NCBI GenBank assembly: GCA_945901245.1
Contig: CAMDKY010000002.1
Location: forward strand, 11,443 to 75,442
From: Polynucleobacter meluiroseus
GTDB taxonomy: Bacteria > Pseudomonadota > Gammaproteobacteria > Burkholderiales > Burkholderiaceae
DNA length: 64,000 nt
Direction: 5' to 3'
The notes beneath the pieces are model-generated. The model saw only the letters and a list, made by a program, of their open reading frames with translations, made no database searches and had not been told where the DNA came from. This document shows, one piece after another, positions 24,602 to 35,385 of this stretch (its first letter is position 1; every line of letters begins with the position of its first letter). Both the position numbers and the translations under genes were made by a program.

Positions 24602-25144
24602 TTGGAGCGCCGCACCTGGCTTGGGGCCTTGATTGCGTTGCCGACCCTCTTCACCACGGCCTGCGGATTTAAATTGCGCGGTTCGGTGTCAATTCCATAT
24701 AAGGTAATTGCGATTACCGGCAATCCATCGCCGCCGCTGCGAGCCGATATAGAAATGATTATTCTGACAGGCAGCGACTCTAAGGTTGCCAATAATGCCA
24801 AAGATGCTGATCTGATTTTAGAGATCATTAGTGAAGTCAATAGCCGTGAGATTTTGGCCTATAACGCCGCAGGTCAGATTTCAGCTTATCGACTCAATTC
24901 CAGGGTTGCATTTATGGCAACCGATCAAAATGGCGTGAATGTTGTTCCTGAATCGGAAATTTACGTTACCCGTGATATGGACTTTTCGGTCTCGACCGTA
25001 CTGGCAACCGATGTACAGCAGCAGCAATTTACGAACGCGATGCGCATGGATTTATCCCTACAGATTCTGCGGCGCATTACGGCTGCTGCCAAACCTAGAA
25101 TGACTTCACCTAGCGGCGCCAAGCCTGTCATGGGTAAGCCCTAA
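24602..25144 (+). CDS. lptE: LPS-assembly lipoprotein LptE
   Basis: Lipobox LFTTAC followed by GFKLRG. It sits between leuS and holA, as in most proteobacteria. TTG start. Confidence 0.75.
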   Translation: MERRTWLGALIALPTLFTTACGFKLRGSVSIPYKVIAITGNPSPPLRADIEMIILTGSDSKVANNAKDADLILEIISEVNSREILAYNAAGQISAYRLNSRVAFMATDQNGVNVVPESEIYVTRDMDFSVSTVLATDVQQQQFTNAMRMDLSLQILRRITAAAKPRMTSPSGAKPVMGKP

Positions 25145-25163
25145 GCATGGGATTGCTTCACGA

Positions 25164-26225
25164 ATGATGACGAGCGATGCGCTGCAAGCGCACATCAGCG
25201 GACTCAAATCCAGCCTAGCGCACTCTCCGGTCTATGTCTTTAGTGGGGATGAGCCCTTACTCATGATGGAGGCCATGGATCAATTGCGCTCCATCGCTCG
25301 AAAGCTAGGGTATACCGAGCGTGAGGTGTTGATGCATGAGCGCTATTTTGACTGGTCATCATTGCTCTCTGCTGGGCAAACTATGTCTTTATTTGGCGAC
25401 AAACGCTGGTTGGAATTACGCATTCCGTCGGGTAAGCCGGGTCGCGATGGTGCAGAAGCGCTCAAGCAATTTGCTGCGCAAATCCAATCTCAATCCGCCG
25501 GTCATGATGGTCCCGACACCATCGTATGCATTGTGTTACCTAGACTTGATAGCAAAACCAAGACCTCAGCCTGGTTTAGTGCCGTAGAGGGTGTATCAAT
25601 AGCAGTGCAAATTGACTCGATTGATCGCAGTCATTTATCGCTGTGGATAGCGCAGCGCCTTAAAAAACAGGGCCAGTCTGTAGAGTCCGGTTCGGCAGGT
25701 CAAGAAGCCCTAGAGTTTATCGCCAACCAAGTGGAAGGCAATCTGATTGCCGCCCACCAAGAAATCCAAAAACTGGGCTTGCTCTATCCCCAGGGCGCTT
25801 TGACGGAAGCGCAAATTCGCGAATCGATCCTCAAGGTAGCGCGCTACGATGTATTTCAACTCACCGAATCGATTTTAGCCGGTGATTTGGCCCGTTTAAA
25901 CCGCATGCTCGATGGCCTGAAAGGGGAAGGCGAGCCTTTACCCCTCATTCTATGGAGCGTGACCGAGGAGCTTCGGATACTATCGAAGCTACAGGCTGCG
26001 AGTCAGCGTGGTGAGTCGGTGCAGCAGTTGATGCGCGCGAATCGCATCTGGGGGAATAAGGAAAAGCTATACCCCGGAGCCCTGCGCCGCGTGAATCCCA
26101 TCAAGCTGCGGCGTGCTATGCAGGTTGCAGCGGGTTTAGATCGGCAGGCTAAGGGTTTATCGGCAGCAGACTTGCCTGCAGATCCCTGGGATGGATTACG
26201 TTTAGTAGGCAGTTTGTTGCGATAA
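25164..26225 (+). CDS. holA: DNA polymerase III delta subunit
   Basis: Conserved leuS-lptE-holA synteny, ~350 aa, and motifs [11 protein letters not shown] and [14 protein letters not shown]. Confidence 0.8.
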   Translation: MMTSDALQAHISGLKSSLAHSPVYVFSGDEPLLMMEAMDQLRSIARKLGYTEREVLMHERYFDWSSLLSAGQTMSLFGDKRWLELRIPSGKPGRDGAEALKQFAAQIQSQSAGHDGPDTIVCIVLPRLDSKTKTSAWFSAVEGVSIAVQIDSIDRSHLSLWIAQRLKKQGQSVESGSAGQEALEFIANQVEGNLIAAHQEIQKLGLLYPQGALTEAQIRESILKVARYDVFQLTESILAGDLARLNRMLDGLKGEGEPLPLILWSVTEELRILSKLQAASQRGESVQQLMRANRIWGNKEKLYPGALRRVNPIKLRRAMQVAAGLDRQAKGLSAADLPADPWDGLRLVGSLLR

Positions 26226-26257
26226 ATAGACCAAATAAATACAGTGGCAGAGTAAAA

Positions 26258-27535
26258 ATGAGTACAGCGATTACCGAGATGATGCAGGCAGTAGGCAAAG
26301 AAGCAAGACAGGCTTCGCGGGCGTTGGCGCGCGCCAGTACCGAGCAAAAGAACCAAGCCCTCACCCATATCGCCCATTTGGTTCGCGAGCAGTCGGCCCG
26401 CATCTTAGAAACTAATACAGTGGATGTGGAGCGCGCCAAAAAGAGTGGGCACGATGCAGCCTTTATCGATCGTCTGACCATGACAGCCAAAACGGTTGAG
26501 TCGATGGCCTTAGGTTTAGAGCAAATTGTCAGCTTGGAAGATCCGATTGGCAAAATTAGTCCGCTTAAACGCCAAGCCTCTGGAATTGAGCTCGGGCAAA
26601 TGCGTGTTCCTTTGGGTGTGATTGGCATCATTTATGAATCCCGTCCCAATGTGACGATTGATGCGGCCGCTTTGTGCCTCAAGTCGGGTAACGCTGTGAT
26701 TTTGCGCGGCGGCTCGGAAGCGATTGATTCCAATACCCTCTTGGCGGGTTTGATTCAGCAGGGTTTGGCTGCGGCGAACTTGCCCGCCAATGCAGTACAG
26801 GTGGTGACGACTACGGACCGCGCTGCCGTCGGCGCCATGATCACCATGACCGAGTACATCGATGTGATTGTGCCGCGGGGTGGCAAGAGCTTAATTGCAC
26901 GCCTGATGGTCGATGCAAGGGTGCCAATGATTAAACACCTCGATGGTATTTGCCATACCTTTATCGACCGCGATGCCGATCTCGATTTAGCCGTTACGGT
27001 TTGCGATAACGCAAAAACGCAGCGCTATGCACCTTGCAATGCGATGGAGACCTTGCTGGTGCATGAGGCTATTGCTACTGCGGTATTACCGCGCTTGTGT
27101 AAAATCTACCAGGACAAGGGCGTTGAGCTGCGGGTGGATAAAAAAACCCGTGCCACTCTTGAGCTAGCCGGTTTTCATAATTTGGTGGACGCAACAGAAG
27201 ACGATTGGACCACTGAATACCTTGCGCCGATTTTATCGATTAAGACCGTGGGCTCGCTAGATGAAGCGATGGACCACATTGAACACTATGGCAGTAAGCA
27301 TACCGATGCCATTATTACGACCAATACAGCGGCAGCAGACCGTTTCTTGCGTGAGGTCGATAGCGCCAGCGTGATGGTTAACACCAGTACTCGCTTTGCA
27401 GATGGCTTTGAATATGGCCTTGGAGCAGAGATTGGTATCTCGAATGATAAGCTGCATGCACGCGGCCCGGTTGGCTTAGATGGTTTGACTTCACTGAAGT
27501 ACATTGTGATGGGCCATGGGGAAATTCGAAGCTAA
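26258..27535 (+). CDS. proA: Glutamate-5-semialdehyde dehydrogenase
   Basis: [21 protein letters not shown], and [21 protein letters not shown]-type motifs. Confidence 0.95.
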   Translation: MSTAITEMMQAVGKEARQASRALARASTEQKNQALTHIAHLVREQSARILETNTVDVERAKKSGHDAAFIDRLTMTAKTVESMALGLEQIVSLEDPIGKISPLKRQASGIELGQMRVPLGVIGIIYESRPNVTIDAAALCLKSGNAVILRGGSEAIDSNTLLAGLIQQGLAAANLPANAVQVVTTTDRAAVGAMITMTEYIDVIVPRGGKSLIARLMVDARVPMIKHLDGICHTFIDRDADLDLAVTVCDNAKTQRYAPCNAMETLLVHEAIATAVLPRLCKIYQDKGVELRVDKKTRATLELAGFHNLVDATEDDWTTEYLAPILSIKTVGSLDEAMDHIEHYGSKHTDAIITTNTAAADRFLREVDSASVMVNTSTRFADGFEYGLGAEIGISNDKLHARGPVGLDGLTSLKYIVMGHGEIRS

Positions 27536-27605
27536 TTAAATCGGTATAGTATTTAGCATTGAACTAAGGCAATGCCGCTTTAGTAAACGAACAAAGGGGA
27601 TAAAA

Positions 27606-28031
27606 ATGGGTGACGCGTATCTTTGGACGAAAACATTCCACATTGTTTTAGTGGCGTCGTGGTTTGCGGGCCTCTTTTATTTGCCACGTATTTTTGTCAA
27701 TATGGCGCAAGAGACTAATCCGGAAGTCAATGCCCGCCTTTTGGGCATGGCCGATCGCCTCTTTCGGTTTATGACCATTTTGATGGTGCCCGCGGTAGTG
27801 CTGGGCGTCGTTCTTTGGCTTCACTTTGGTATTGGCCGCGGCGCCGGCTGGATGCACCCTAAATTACTTTTTGTGCTGATCATTTTGGGATACCATCATT
27901 CGTGCTACACCTTGCTGAAAAAATTCCGGGCAGGTAAAAATAAGCGCAGCCACGTTTGGTTCCGTTGGTTTAATGAAGTGCCGGTGGTCTTGCTGGTCAT
28001 CATCACTGCCATCGTCGTCATTAAGCCCTAA
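27606..28031 (+). CDS. hemJ: HemJ-type protoporphyrinogen IX oxidase (UPF0093 family membrane protein)
   Basis: 141 aa, about 4 TM segments. The N-terminus TFHIVLVASWFAGLFYLPRIFV closely resembles cyanobacterial and proteobacterial HemJ. Confidence 0.75.
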   Translation: MGDAYLWTKTFHIVLVASWFAGLFYLPRIFVNMAQETNPEVNARLLGMADRLFRFMTILMVPAVVLGVVLWLHFGIGRGAGWMHPKLLFVLIILGYHHSCYTLLKKFRAGKNKRSHVWFRWFNEVPVVLLVIITAIVVIKP

Positions 28032-28073
28032 GCAAATCGCTACTCATCCCCCATTATTTTCTAGGCTTTCTTC

Positions 28074-29579
28074 ATGCGATTTTTTGTAGTGTGTCCCGGC
28101 GGATTGGAGACGGTCTTAGCGATTGAGTTGCGGCAGATTGCCGAGCGCCCTGAAGTCAAAGCCCAAGGCGCTTGGGTGATTGATCCAACGCCAACCAGTC
28201 CTACGGGTGGTGTTGGTTTGGCCGGCCCCTTATCAGCTGCCATGGCCCTCAATTTGCATTCACGAATTGCCAGTCGCGTGCTCTTGCAAATGGCTGAGAC
28301 CACTTACCGCCAAGAAGAGGATTTGTATCGCTTGGCGCATGGCTTGGCGTGGGAGGAGTGGTTTAGTCATACGCAAACCCTGCGGGTCGATGTCACCGCG
28401 CATCGCTCGCCACTCAAGAGCTTAAATTTTGCGACCCTGAAAATCAAAGACGCGATTGTTGATCGCTTGCGTGAAGTCTCGGGCGATCGCCCCTCGATTG
28501 ATACGGCCTTTCCGGATGTGCGCGTGCAAGCGCATTTAACCGCTACCCATGTGTCGATTTATTTGGATACGTCGGGTGAGGCTTTATTTAAACGCGGCTG
28601 GCGCGATGAAAAGGGCGATGCCCCTTTAAAAGAAAACCTGGCTGCGGGCATTCTTGCTTTAACTGGTTGGCAGCCAAAGCAGCCTTTATTTGATCCGATG
28701 TGCGGTAGTGGTACCTTTTTAATCGAGGCGGCGCAGATTGTCATGGGTATTCCGTCGGGTGCGATTCGGGCAGGCTTGTATGACGAGGCAGGCAAAGAAT
28801 CAACGCCCACACGCTTGGCGTATCGACCTCTAGTCACTTCCGTGCATGGCTTTGGGTTTTTGCGTTTGAAACCATTTACGGTGGGCGCTGAACAGAAAAA
28901 GTGGCAAGCCCAGAAAGATGCCGTACTCGCAGAAATACTAGAGCGGCGTAAGGCCTTTCCTGATGCGCAGTCATTGCGCATCAGCGGTAGCGACATTAAT
29001 GAAAAACTGGTCTCGATGACCAAATCCAATTGGCAGCGTGCGCAATTGCCTGGCTTACCTGTGGTTCGTCAGGTCGATGCCTTAGCAGCCAAGCCGTCGA
29101 TGATTGCCAGCGATGCATCTAGCGAGCCTGGCTTGCCTGGATTAGCTTTACTCAATCCGCCCTACGGACAACGCTTGGGCATGAAAGGTGGCCGGGGTGA
29201 TGATCGCGATCCAGCTCAGGACCGCTATGACGATGAGGGTTATGGCGAGGATAATGTAGACCCATACAGCCACAATATTGAGACCGGACGCCAGAGTGCC
29301 AAGCGTTCTAGCCGTGAGTCATTAAAGCGCTTGCAGGCTGAAGAAGAAATCGACCCTACCTTTTTAGAGTTCATGAAGCAGTTTGGCCAGCATCTGAAAG
29401 ATGCCTTTGGTGGCTGGCATGTCTTTATTTTGACGGCGGATATGGCATTACCAGGGCAGTTGCGGATCAAAGAGTCACGCCGTACCCCGCTCTTTAATGG
29501 CCCGCTTGAATGCCGTTTGTTCCGCTTTGAAATGCGTTCCAAAGCGGAGCGTTTGGAGTCTTCTAGTAAGCCGATTTAG
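28074..29579 (+). CDS. THUMP-domain class I SAM-dependent RNA methyltransferase (RlmL N-terminal-half-like)
   Basis: Motif I DPMCGSGTFLIEAA and motif IV NPPYGQRLG, with an N-terminal THUMP-like region. It carries a ~58-aa charged insertion after motif IV. Confidence 0.8.
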   Translation: MRFFVVCPGGLETVLAIELRQIAERPEVKAQGAWVIDPTPTSPTGGVGLAGPLSAAMALNLHSRIASRVLLQMAETTYRQEEDLYRLAHGLAWEEWFSHTQTLRVDVTAHRSPLKSLNFATLKIKDAIVDRLREVSGDRPSIDTAFPDVRVQAHLTATHVSIYLDTSGEALFKRGWRDEKGDAPLKENLAAGILALTGWQPKQPLFDPMCGSGTFLIEAAQIVMGIPSGAIRAGLYDEAGKESTPTRLAYRPLVTSVHGFGFLRLKPFTVGAEQKKWQAQKDAVLAEILERRKAFPDAQSLRISGSDINEKLVSMTKSNWQRAQLPGLPVVRQVDALAAKPSMIASDASSEPGLPGLALLNPPYGQRLGMKGGRGDDRDPAQDRYDDEGYGEDNVDPYSHNIETGRQSAKRSSRESLKRLQAEEEIDPTFLEFMKQFGQHLKDAFGGWHVFILTADMALPGQLRIKESRRTPLFNGPLECRLFRFEMRSKAERLESSSKPI

Positions 29580-29638
29580 AATCAAAAAACAAAGATATGA
29601 AGTTCGCCATAAAAAAGTAGACAGAAAGATAAAACGCC

Positions 29639-29809
29639 ATGGAATTGAAAACCTATATGTGCCTGATTTGCGGATGGGTGTATGACGAGGCTGCTGGTTT
29701 GCCCGATGAAGGCATCGCGCCAGGAACGCTGTGGAAAGATGTCCCCATGAATTGGACTTGCCCTGAATGCGGCGCGCGCAAAGACGATTTTGAGATGATG
29801 GCTATTTAA
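29639..29809 (+). CDS. Rubredoxin
   Basis: My own translation gives MELKTYMCLICGWVYDEAAGLPDEGIAPGTLWKDVPMNWTCPECGARKDDFEMMAI (56 aa), with both CxxCG knuckles. It is missing from the ORF track (below the 60-aa cut-off). Confidence 0.9.
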   Translation: MELKTYMCLICGWVYDEAAGLPDEGIAPGTLWKDVPMNWTCPECGARKDDFEMMAI

Positions 29810-29867
29810 TTTCCTTTTACACTTTTCAGCATCAGACTAATTAATCAATAAAGCAGATGAGAGTCAC

Positions 29868-31163
29868 ATGGGCCTAAACGAAACTATATTCGAGCGTGCA
29901 CAAAAAACCATTCCAGGCGGCGTGAACTCCCCTGTTCGGGCATTTCGTCAAGTGGGCGGTGCACCGCGCTTTATTAAGAAGGCGCTAGGCCCCCACTTTT
30001 GGGATATTGAAGACAAACGTTACGTTGACTTGATCATGTCCTGGGGTCCCATGATTGCGGGGCATGCCAATCCAGAAGTAGTTGAGGCAGTGCAGCGAGC
30101 AGCCACCCTGAGTTTTAGTTACGGCGCTCCCACGGTTGGCGAAATCGAATTGGCTGAGCGCATTTGCGCAATCATGCCCAGTGTTGAGCAAATTCGAATG
30201 GTGTCGAGTGGAACAGAGGCGACGATGAGCGCCCTGCGTTTAGCGCGCGGCTATACCGGACGTGATTTGATCATTAAGTTTGAGGGTTGTTATCACGGCC
30301 ATGCCGATAGCCTCCTAGTAAAAGCCGGATCGGGTTTACTTACTTTTGCTGATTCAACTCAAAATGCACCTTCATCGGGTGGTGTTCCTCAGGATTTAGT
30401 GAAACACACCTTAGTGCTGCCCTACAACGATACGGCTGCGATTGAAGAAGCCTTTAAATTGCGCGGCGATCAGATTGCGGCCGTGATCATTGAGCCCATC
30501 GCGGGCAATATGAACTTGATTAAAGCCAAACCGGAATTTTTAGCAGCGATAAGGAAGTTAACCCAGCACCATGGCAGTGTTTTGATTTACGACGAAGTCA
30601 TGACGGGTTTTCGGGTGGCGCTCGGCGGAGCGCAAAGCTTGCAAGGCATCGCCCCAGATCTGACTTGCCTGGGTAAAGTAATGGGCGGAGGTATGCCCAT
30701 GGCAGCCTTTGGCGGCAAAAAGGAAATCATGCAAAAGTTGGCCCCCTTGGGTAATGTCTACCAAGCCGGCACCCTGTCTGGCAATCCGGTTGCGGTTGCG
30801 GCAGGGATGAAGACCTTGGAGATTATTTCGCGGGATGGCTTCTTTGATTGCCTTTCCGGCCAAACTAGCAAGCTAATGGCAGGCCTGAAACAGGCAGCAG
30901 ATGCAGCGGGCATCCCATTCTCTATTGATAGCGTGGGCGGTATGTTTGGTTTTTACTTTACCGACGAGGTGCCGACATCATTTGATGCTGTGACTAAAAG
31001 CAATATCGATGCATTTAAAGTGTTCTTTCATGCAATGCTGGATGAAGGCGTCTACTTGGCTCCATCAGCGTATGAGGCTGGTTTTACTTCGATAGCGCAT
31101 GATAATGCGGTATTGGAGGAAATCATGACTGCGTCCAAGAAAGCGTTTGCCAAACTGAAATAG
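29868..31163 (+). CDS. hemL: Glutamate-1-semialdehyde 2,1-aminomutase
   Basis: [21 protein letters not shown], and a PLP-lysine context (LGKVMGGG). Confidence 0.95.
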   Translation: MGLNETIFERAQKTIPGGVNSPVRAFRQVGGAPRFIKKALGPHFWDIEDKRYVDLIMSWGPMIAGHANPEVVEAVQRAATLSFSYGAPTVGEIELAERICAIMPSVEQIRMVSSGTEATMSALRLARGYTGRDLIIKFEGCYHGHADSLLVKAGSGLLTFADSTQNAPSSGGVPQDLVKHTLVLPYNDTAAIEEAFKLRGDQIAAVIIEPIAGNMNLIKAKPEFLAAIRKLTQHHGSVLIYDEVMTGFRVALGGAQSLQGIAPDLTCLGKVMGGGMPMAAFGGKKEIMQKLAPLGNVYQAGTLSGNPVAVAAGMKTLEIISRDGFFDCLSGQTSKLMAGLKQAADAAGIPFSIDSVGGMFGFYFTDEVPTSFDAVTKSNIDAFKVFFHAMLDEGVYLAPSAYEAGFTSIAHDNAVLEEIMTASKKAFAKLK

Positions 31164-31184
31164 CTACTCGGCAAGACTGCAGGC

Positions 31185-32036
31185 TCACATCCGTAAGGGA
31201 TGGTCGTAGCCCGTTACCTGTACGATGCGGCATTTGTTTGAACGACTTTTCGCAGCAAAGTCAGGAACCTCAACTGCAGTGAGTTTGCCGCCCCAGACGC
31301 AGCCTGTATCTAGGCCGGTTACCTTGGGTTTTTGAATCAATCCAAGCGTAGACCAATGTCCAAAAATGACATGTACATTTGCAGTCTTACGCTGCTTAAT
31401 CTCAAACCACGGCAAATACCCTTTAGGGCTCGCATCTAACCCTTCTTTACTCTCAAATTCCATTTGGCCCTTGGGGGTACAAAAACGCAGCCGTGTTAGG
31501 GCGTTGGTGATCACACGCAGGCGATCATATCCTTTTAAGGAGTTACTCCACTTGGTTGGCGTGTTGCCATACATCTCGGCCAAAAAACGTTTGTAAGACG
31601 ATTTACGCAATGCCTTCTCTACTTCATGGGCGCACTCCAGGGTTTGGCTTAAGTCCCAATCAGGTAGTACGCCAGCATGCACTAGTAAAGCCTGGCCATT
31701 ACTCAGCGCCATCGGCCGATGGCGTAGCCAATCAATCAGTTCTGCTCGGTCTTTGGCTTTTAAGATGCCATCGAGCGTATCGAGTGGGCGTGATCCCCGT
31801 AAACCCGCATCGCGTGCTAACAAGTTGAGGTCGTGATTGCCCAAGATGCATTCTGCAATGCCCTGCTCTTGCAGTTTTTTGAGGCGACGCAATGTGCCTA
31901 AGGAATTCGGGCCTCGATTAACGAGATCACCCAAACAAATCAATTTCGATTTCTTGGGTAATTTGGCAATCAGTGCATCGAGCTGGGTTAAGCAACCTTG
32001 CACATCGCCGATAGCGTAAACGGATGACATGGACAA
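31185..32036 (-). CDS. apaH: Symmetrical bis(5'-nucleosyl)-tetraphosphatase
   Basis: Metallophosphatase motifs YAIGDVQGC, GDLVNRGP and GNHD. Confidence 0.9.
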   Translation of the reverse strand: MSMSSVYAIGDVQGCLTQLDALIAKLPKKSKLICLGDLVNRGPNSLGTLRRLKKLQEQGIAECILGNHDLNLLARDAGLRGSRPLDTLDGILKAKDRAELIDWLRHRPMALSNGQALLVHAGVLPDWDLSQTLECAHEVEKALRKSSYKRFLAEMYGNTPTKWSNSLKGYDRLRVITNALTRLRFCTPKGQMEFESKEGLDASPKGYLPWFEIKQRKTANVHVIFGHWSTLGLIQKPKVTGLDTGCVWGGKLTAVEVPDFAAKSRSNKCRIVQVTGYDHPLRM

Positions 32037-32074
32037 AGTGTAGTGGATTAACGGGAAATCGTTTAACCAATCAG

Positions 32075-33556
32075 TCAGTCAGGAGTACTTACCTTCTTCA
32101 CCACGCTGTAACGCACCAAGGTTTCTTTACGGGCCTCGTCGTGATTTACGATCGGTAGTGGATAATCGCGGCCAAGCAAAATACCAGCGGCTTCTAATTC
32201 AATATGACCCGTCTCCCATGGCGCATGAATCGATTTATCCGATAGCTTCTCTAACGCTGGGATATAGCGCCGAATGAATTTACCTTGCGGATCAAAGCGC
32301 TGCGATTGGGTAGTGGGGTTAAAGATGCGAAAGTAAGGCTGTGCATCGCACCCGGAGGAAGAGGCCCATTGCCATCCGCCGTTGTTCGACGAGAATTCGA
32401 AGTCATTGAGGTGCTTTGCAAAATAGGCTTCACCCCAGCGCCAATCAATACCCAAGTCTTTCGTTAAGAAGCTAGCCACAATCATGCGCAGGCGATTGTG
32501 CATGTAGCCACTTTGATTCAGTTGGTGCATGGCTGCATCAACTAAGGGGTAGCCCGTTTTGCCATCACACCAGGCCCCAAAGCGTTTCTTTGCAAGGGCG
32601 CCACTCTCCCAACGAATGCCATCGTAATCCGGTTTAAACGAAACCCCCTTTGCTAAGCGGGGGTGGTTCGCCAGAATCATGAAATAAAAATCGCGCCATA
32701 TGAGTTCACTAAGCCAGATGGTTGCGCCCATGCTACCGGCTAGCATGCGCCGGTGGGCCTCACGCACCAATCCCCGAATCGACAACATGCCAAAGCGCAA
32801 GTGGGTCGACAAATAACTCACACCCTTGATTGCTGGAAAATCACGGCCAATTTGGTACTGATCAATACGCGTGAGGAATTCCTCTAAAAAAAGTGTGCCG
32901 CCCTCAGAGCCCGGGGGGAGGTAGGTTTCAATTCCGGTTGCGCAAAAGCCCATTGACTCAAGCGATGGAATACCCAAATCCAATTTTTTTGGGATCGCTG
33001 CAAACTGCCCCGCTTTAGGGGTACATGCCCGGGGTGCAAGATCGCTTTCAAGAAGCCGCTTGAGCCAGGCATTTTTATAGGGTGTAAATACTGAAAACAC
33101 CGTACTCGAATTGGTCAGCACTTCCTGCTTCTCAAAGATGACTTGATCTTTAAACGAGGCAAAGCCAATCCCCTGTTTTGCAAGGGTAGCAGCAATCGCC
33201 GCATCACGGGCAATCGCGGAGGGTTCATAGTCTTGGTTTACTAGGACGCTTGCAACACCCAGCTCACGTGCGAGTGTTGGGATGCACTCCCTTGGGTCGC
33301 CATAGCGCACAATAAGACCGCCTCCGAGTTGGCGTAACTCGGCATCGATTTGTTCAATGCCCTGCCAAATAAAGTCAACGCGTCGATCGGCCGTGGGTTT
33401 AGTGTCGTCGGCCTCAAGGGGGTCTAGAATGGTTTTATCAAATACAAAGGCGAGCCAAACCGCTTGATTTTCCTGAAGGGCGTGGCTTAGGGCGGTCTGG
33501 TCATAGAGACGTAAATCACGGCGCAACCAAACCAAGGCTGTTGAAGGGTTTTTCAT
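32075..33556 (-). CDS. phrB: Deoxyribodipyrimidine photolyase (class I CPD photolyase/cryptochrome family)
   Basis: LVWLRRDLRLYDQ, TSHLS-like YLSTHLRFG, and the C-terminal FAD-binding motif NNGGWQWASSSGCDAQPYFRIFNP. Confidence 0.9.
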   Translation of the reverse strand: MKNPSTALVWLRRDLRLYDQTALSHALQENQAVWLAFVFDKTILDPLEADDTKPTADRRVDFIWQGIEQIDAELRQLGGGLIVRYGDPRECIPTLARELGVASVLVNQDYEPSAIARDAAIAATLAKQGIGFASFKDQVIFEKQEVLTNSSTVFSVFTPYKNAWLKRLLESDLAPRACTPKAGQFAAIPKKLDLGIPSLESMGFCATGIETYLPPGSEGGTLFLEEFLTRIDQYQIGRDFPAIKGVSYLSTHLRFGMLSIRGLVREAHRRMLAGSMGATIWLSELIWRDFYFMILANHPRLAKGVSFKPDYDGIRWESGALAKKRFGAWCDGKTGYPLVDAAMHQLNQSGYMHNRLRMIVASFLTKDLGIDWRWGEAYFAKHLNDFEFSSNNGGWQWASSSGCDAQPYFRIFNPTTQSQRFDPQGKFIRRYIPALEKLSDKSIHAPWETGHIELEAAGILLGRDYPLPIVNHDEARKETLVRYSVVKKVSTPD

Positions 33557-33708
33557 AGTCCGTTATCTTAGGTTGTAATTGAAAAGGATGCTTAAAAGCA
33601 ATTGAATTCGCTGTACGACTCCCTTGCAATAGCGTCGCTCTAAGCCGTTTGGGAGCAAAACGGGCTGTAGGCTAGGAGCTTGCTGGTAATTCGGTAAAAT
33701 AACATCAA

Positions 33709-34374
33709 ATGTCGCCTTCAAAGCCAAATCCAAGCGCAATACCAGGCGCTGCCTCCGAGGCCGTGGCCAGCGGAGCCGGTCCTGGTTCTGCCTCGATGTA
33801 TTCTGCGACCTTTTTAGCTAATCAATTGCTCCTCGCCATGCCGGGCATGCTGGACGACAATTTTGCCGGTTCACTCATTTACCTGTTTGAGCACAACGAA
33901 AAGGGCGCAATGGGCTTGGTGGTGAATCGTCCTACCGATACCCAGTTATCGACCTTGCTCGAGAAGATTGAGCTGCAATCGGAAATTAAGCCCATTGCCG
34001 ATCAAGTGGTGTACTTTGGCGGCCCCGTGCAGGTTGAGCGGGGCTTTGTCTTGCATGAATCAGCTGGTGCGGCGTATAGCTCCTCTTTAAGCGTGCCTGG
34101 TGGTTTGACGATGACGACCTCAAAGGACGTTCTGGAGGCGGTTGCTGGCGGCGGCGGGCCAAAGCGCTTCATCATGACTTTAGGTTATTCAGGTTGGGGC
34201 GCCGGTCAATTGGAAGAAGAGATTGCACTCAACGGCTGGATTAATGTGGCCTTGAGCCGTCAACGCATGGCGGACATTATTTTTGCAACGCCCGCAGCCC
34301 TGCGCTATGAGCGCACCATGCAAGCCTTGGGCTTTGACCCATCGCATTTGTCTGGCGAGGTAGGGCATGCCTAA
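33709..34374 (+). CDS. YqgE/AlgH family protein
   Basis: LLLAMPGMLDDNFAGSLIYLFEHNEKGAMGLVVNRP and GYSGWGAGQLEEE motifs. The true start may be the internal ATG at 33796. Confidence 0.8.
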   Translation: MSPSKPNPSAIPGAASEAVASGAGPGSASMYSATFLANQLLLAMPGMLDDNFAGSLIYLFEHNEKGAMGLVVNRPTDTQLSTLLEKIELQSEIKPIADQVVYFGGPVQVERGFVLHESAGAAYSSSLSVPGGLTMTTSKDVLEAVAGGGGPKRFIMTLGYSGWGAGQLEEEIALNGWINVALSRQRMADIIFATPAALRYERTMQALGFDPSHLSGEVGHA

Positions 34375-34789
34375 ACCGATGACGGTTTTGGCTTTTGACT
34401 ACGGAACACGGCGTATTGGTCTAGCAGTCGGTAATTCGATTACGGCTTCAGGCCAGGCTTTACCCGTCATTGCAGCAAAAAAAGATGGCGGTCACTTTAC
34501 GCAGATAGCGGCACGCATTGCCGAGTGGGCGCCCGATCACCTCGTGGTTGGCTTGCCATGCCACCCCGATGGTGCTGAGCATGCGATGACAGTAAAGGCG
34601 CGGCGCTTTGGCCAACAGTTGCAGGGGCGCTTTGGAATTCCGTTGACCTGGGTAGATGAACGCTATACCTCAGCTGTTTTAGAGTCAGACCCGACGATGC
34701 GGGACCAGCTAGATTCAGAGGCGGCGCGATTAATTTTGGAGCAGTTTTTTTTAGAGCAGGCGGCGCCGCAGAGCCATTCGCTGGGATGA
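34367..34789 (+). CDS. ruvX: Holliday-junction-resolvase-like nuclease RuvX (YqgF)
   Basis: LAFDYGTRRIGLAV and DERYTS motifs, with an 8-bp overlap with the upstream gene. Confidence 0.85.
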   Translation: MPKPMTVLAFDYGTRRIGLAVGNSITASGQALPVIAAKKDGGHFTQIAARIAEWAPDHLVVGLPCHPDGAEHAMTVKARRFGQQLQGRFGIPLTWVDERYTSAVLESDPTMRDQLDSEAARLILEQFFLEQAAPQSHSLG

Positions 34790-34878
34790 GGGTGAAATAC
34801 CCAGCAAAACCCGCCGGTCATGCTGAGGTGGTCTTAAAATAACCCGCAACGGAAACACAGTAGTTAAGGACAACGACG

Positions 34879-35385
34879 ATGAATGCTGAACTGCTGTACA
34901 ACAAGTTGCTTGCCACACTGCAAGCGCAGCTCGCGGCAGAGCAGCCAATTCAGCTTGCTGGGCTTGCCGTTGGTGGCGCTTGGATTGCGGAGCGCTTGGC
35001 GCGCGATTTAGGCTTAGCCCACTATGGCGTGATTAATGTGGCTTTTCACCGAGACGATTATGCGGAAAAAGGCTTAAATGCAATTCGCTCTGCAGAAACG
35101 CTGAGCACCCATCTTCCCTTTGAGGTCAACGGTGCGCACATCGTACTAATCGATGATGTATTGCTGACGGGTCGAACCGTGCGCGCAGCTCTGAATGAAC
35201 TATTTGATTTTGGCAGGCCAGCTGGTGTGGAGTTAATGGTATTGGTTGATCGCGGGGGGCGCGAGCTACCGATCGCAGCGAATTTTGTTGGTGAGCATAT
35301 GCAACTGCCACCAAATCAAATTTTGGCCTTAGAAAAAACCCCGCAGGGTGGCTTTGAATTTATTCTTGAGGAGCGTGCAGCATGA
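34879..35385 (+). CDS. pyrR: PyrR bifunctional regulator/uracil phosphoribosyltransferase
   Basis: PRTase motif [13 protein letters not shown], ~170 aa, and an ATGA overlap with pyrB. Confidence 0.85.
   Translation: MNAELLYNKLLATLQAQLAAEQPIQLAGLAVGGAWIAERLARDLGLAHYGVINVAFHRDDYAEKGLNAIRSAETLSTHLPFEVNGAHIVLIDDVLLTGRTVRAALNELFDFGRPAGVELMVLVDRGGRELPIAANFVGEHMQLPPNQILALEKTPQGGFEFILEERAA

Noticed and set aside
34790-34878. PyrR-binding attenuator RNA upstream of pyrR
   Set aside because: I found no Bacillus-type PyrR binding loop or alternative terminator/antiterminator hairpins in the 89-nt leader.
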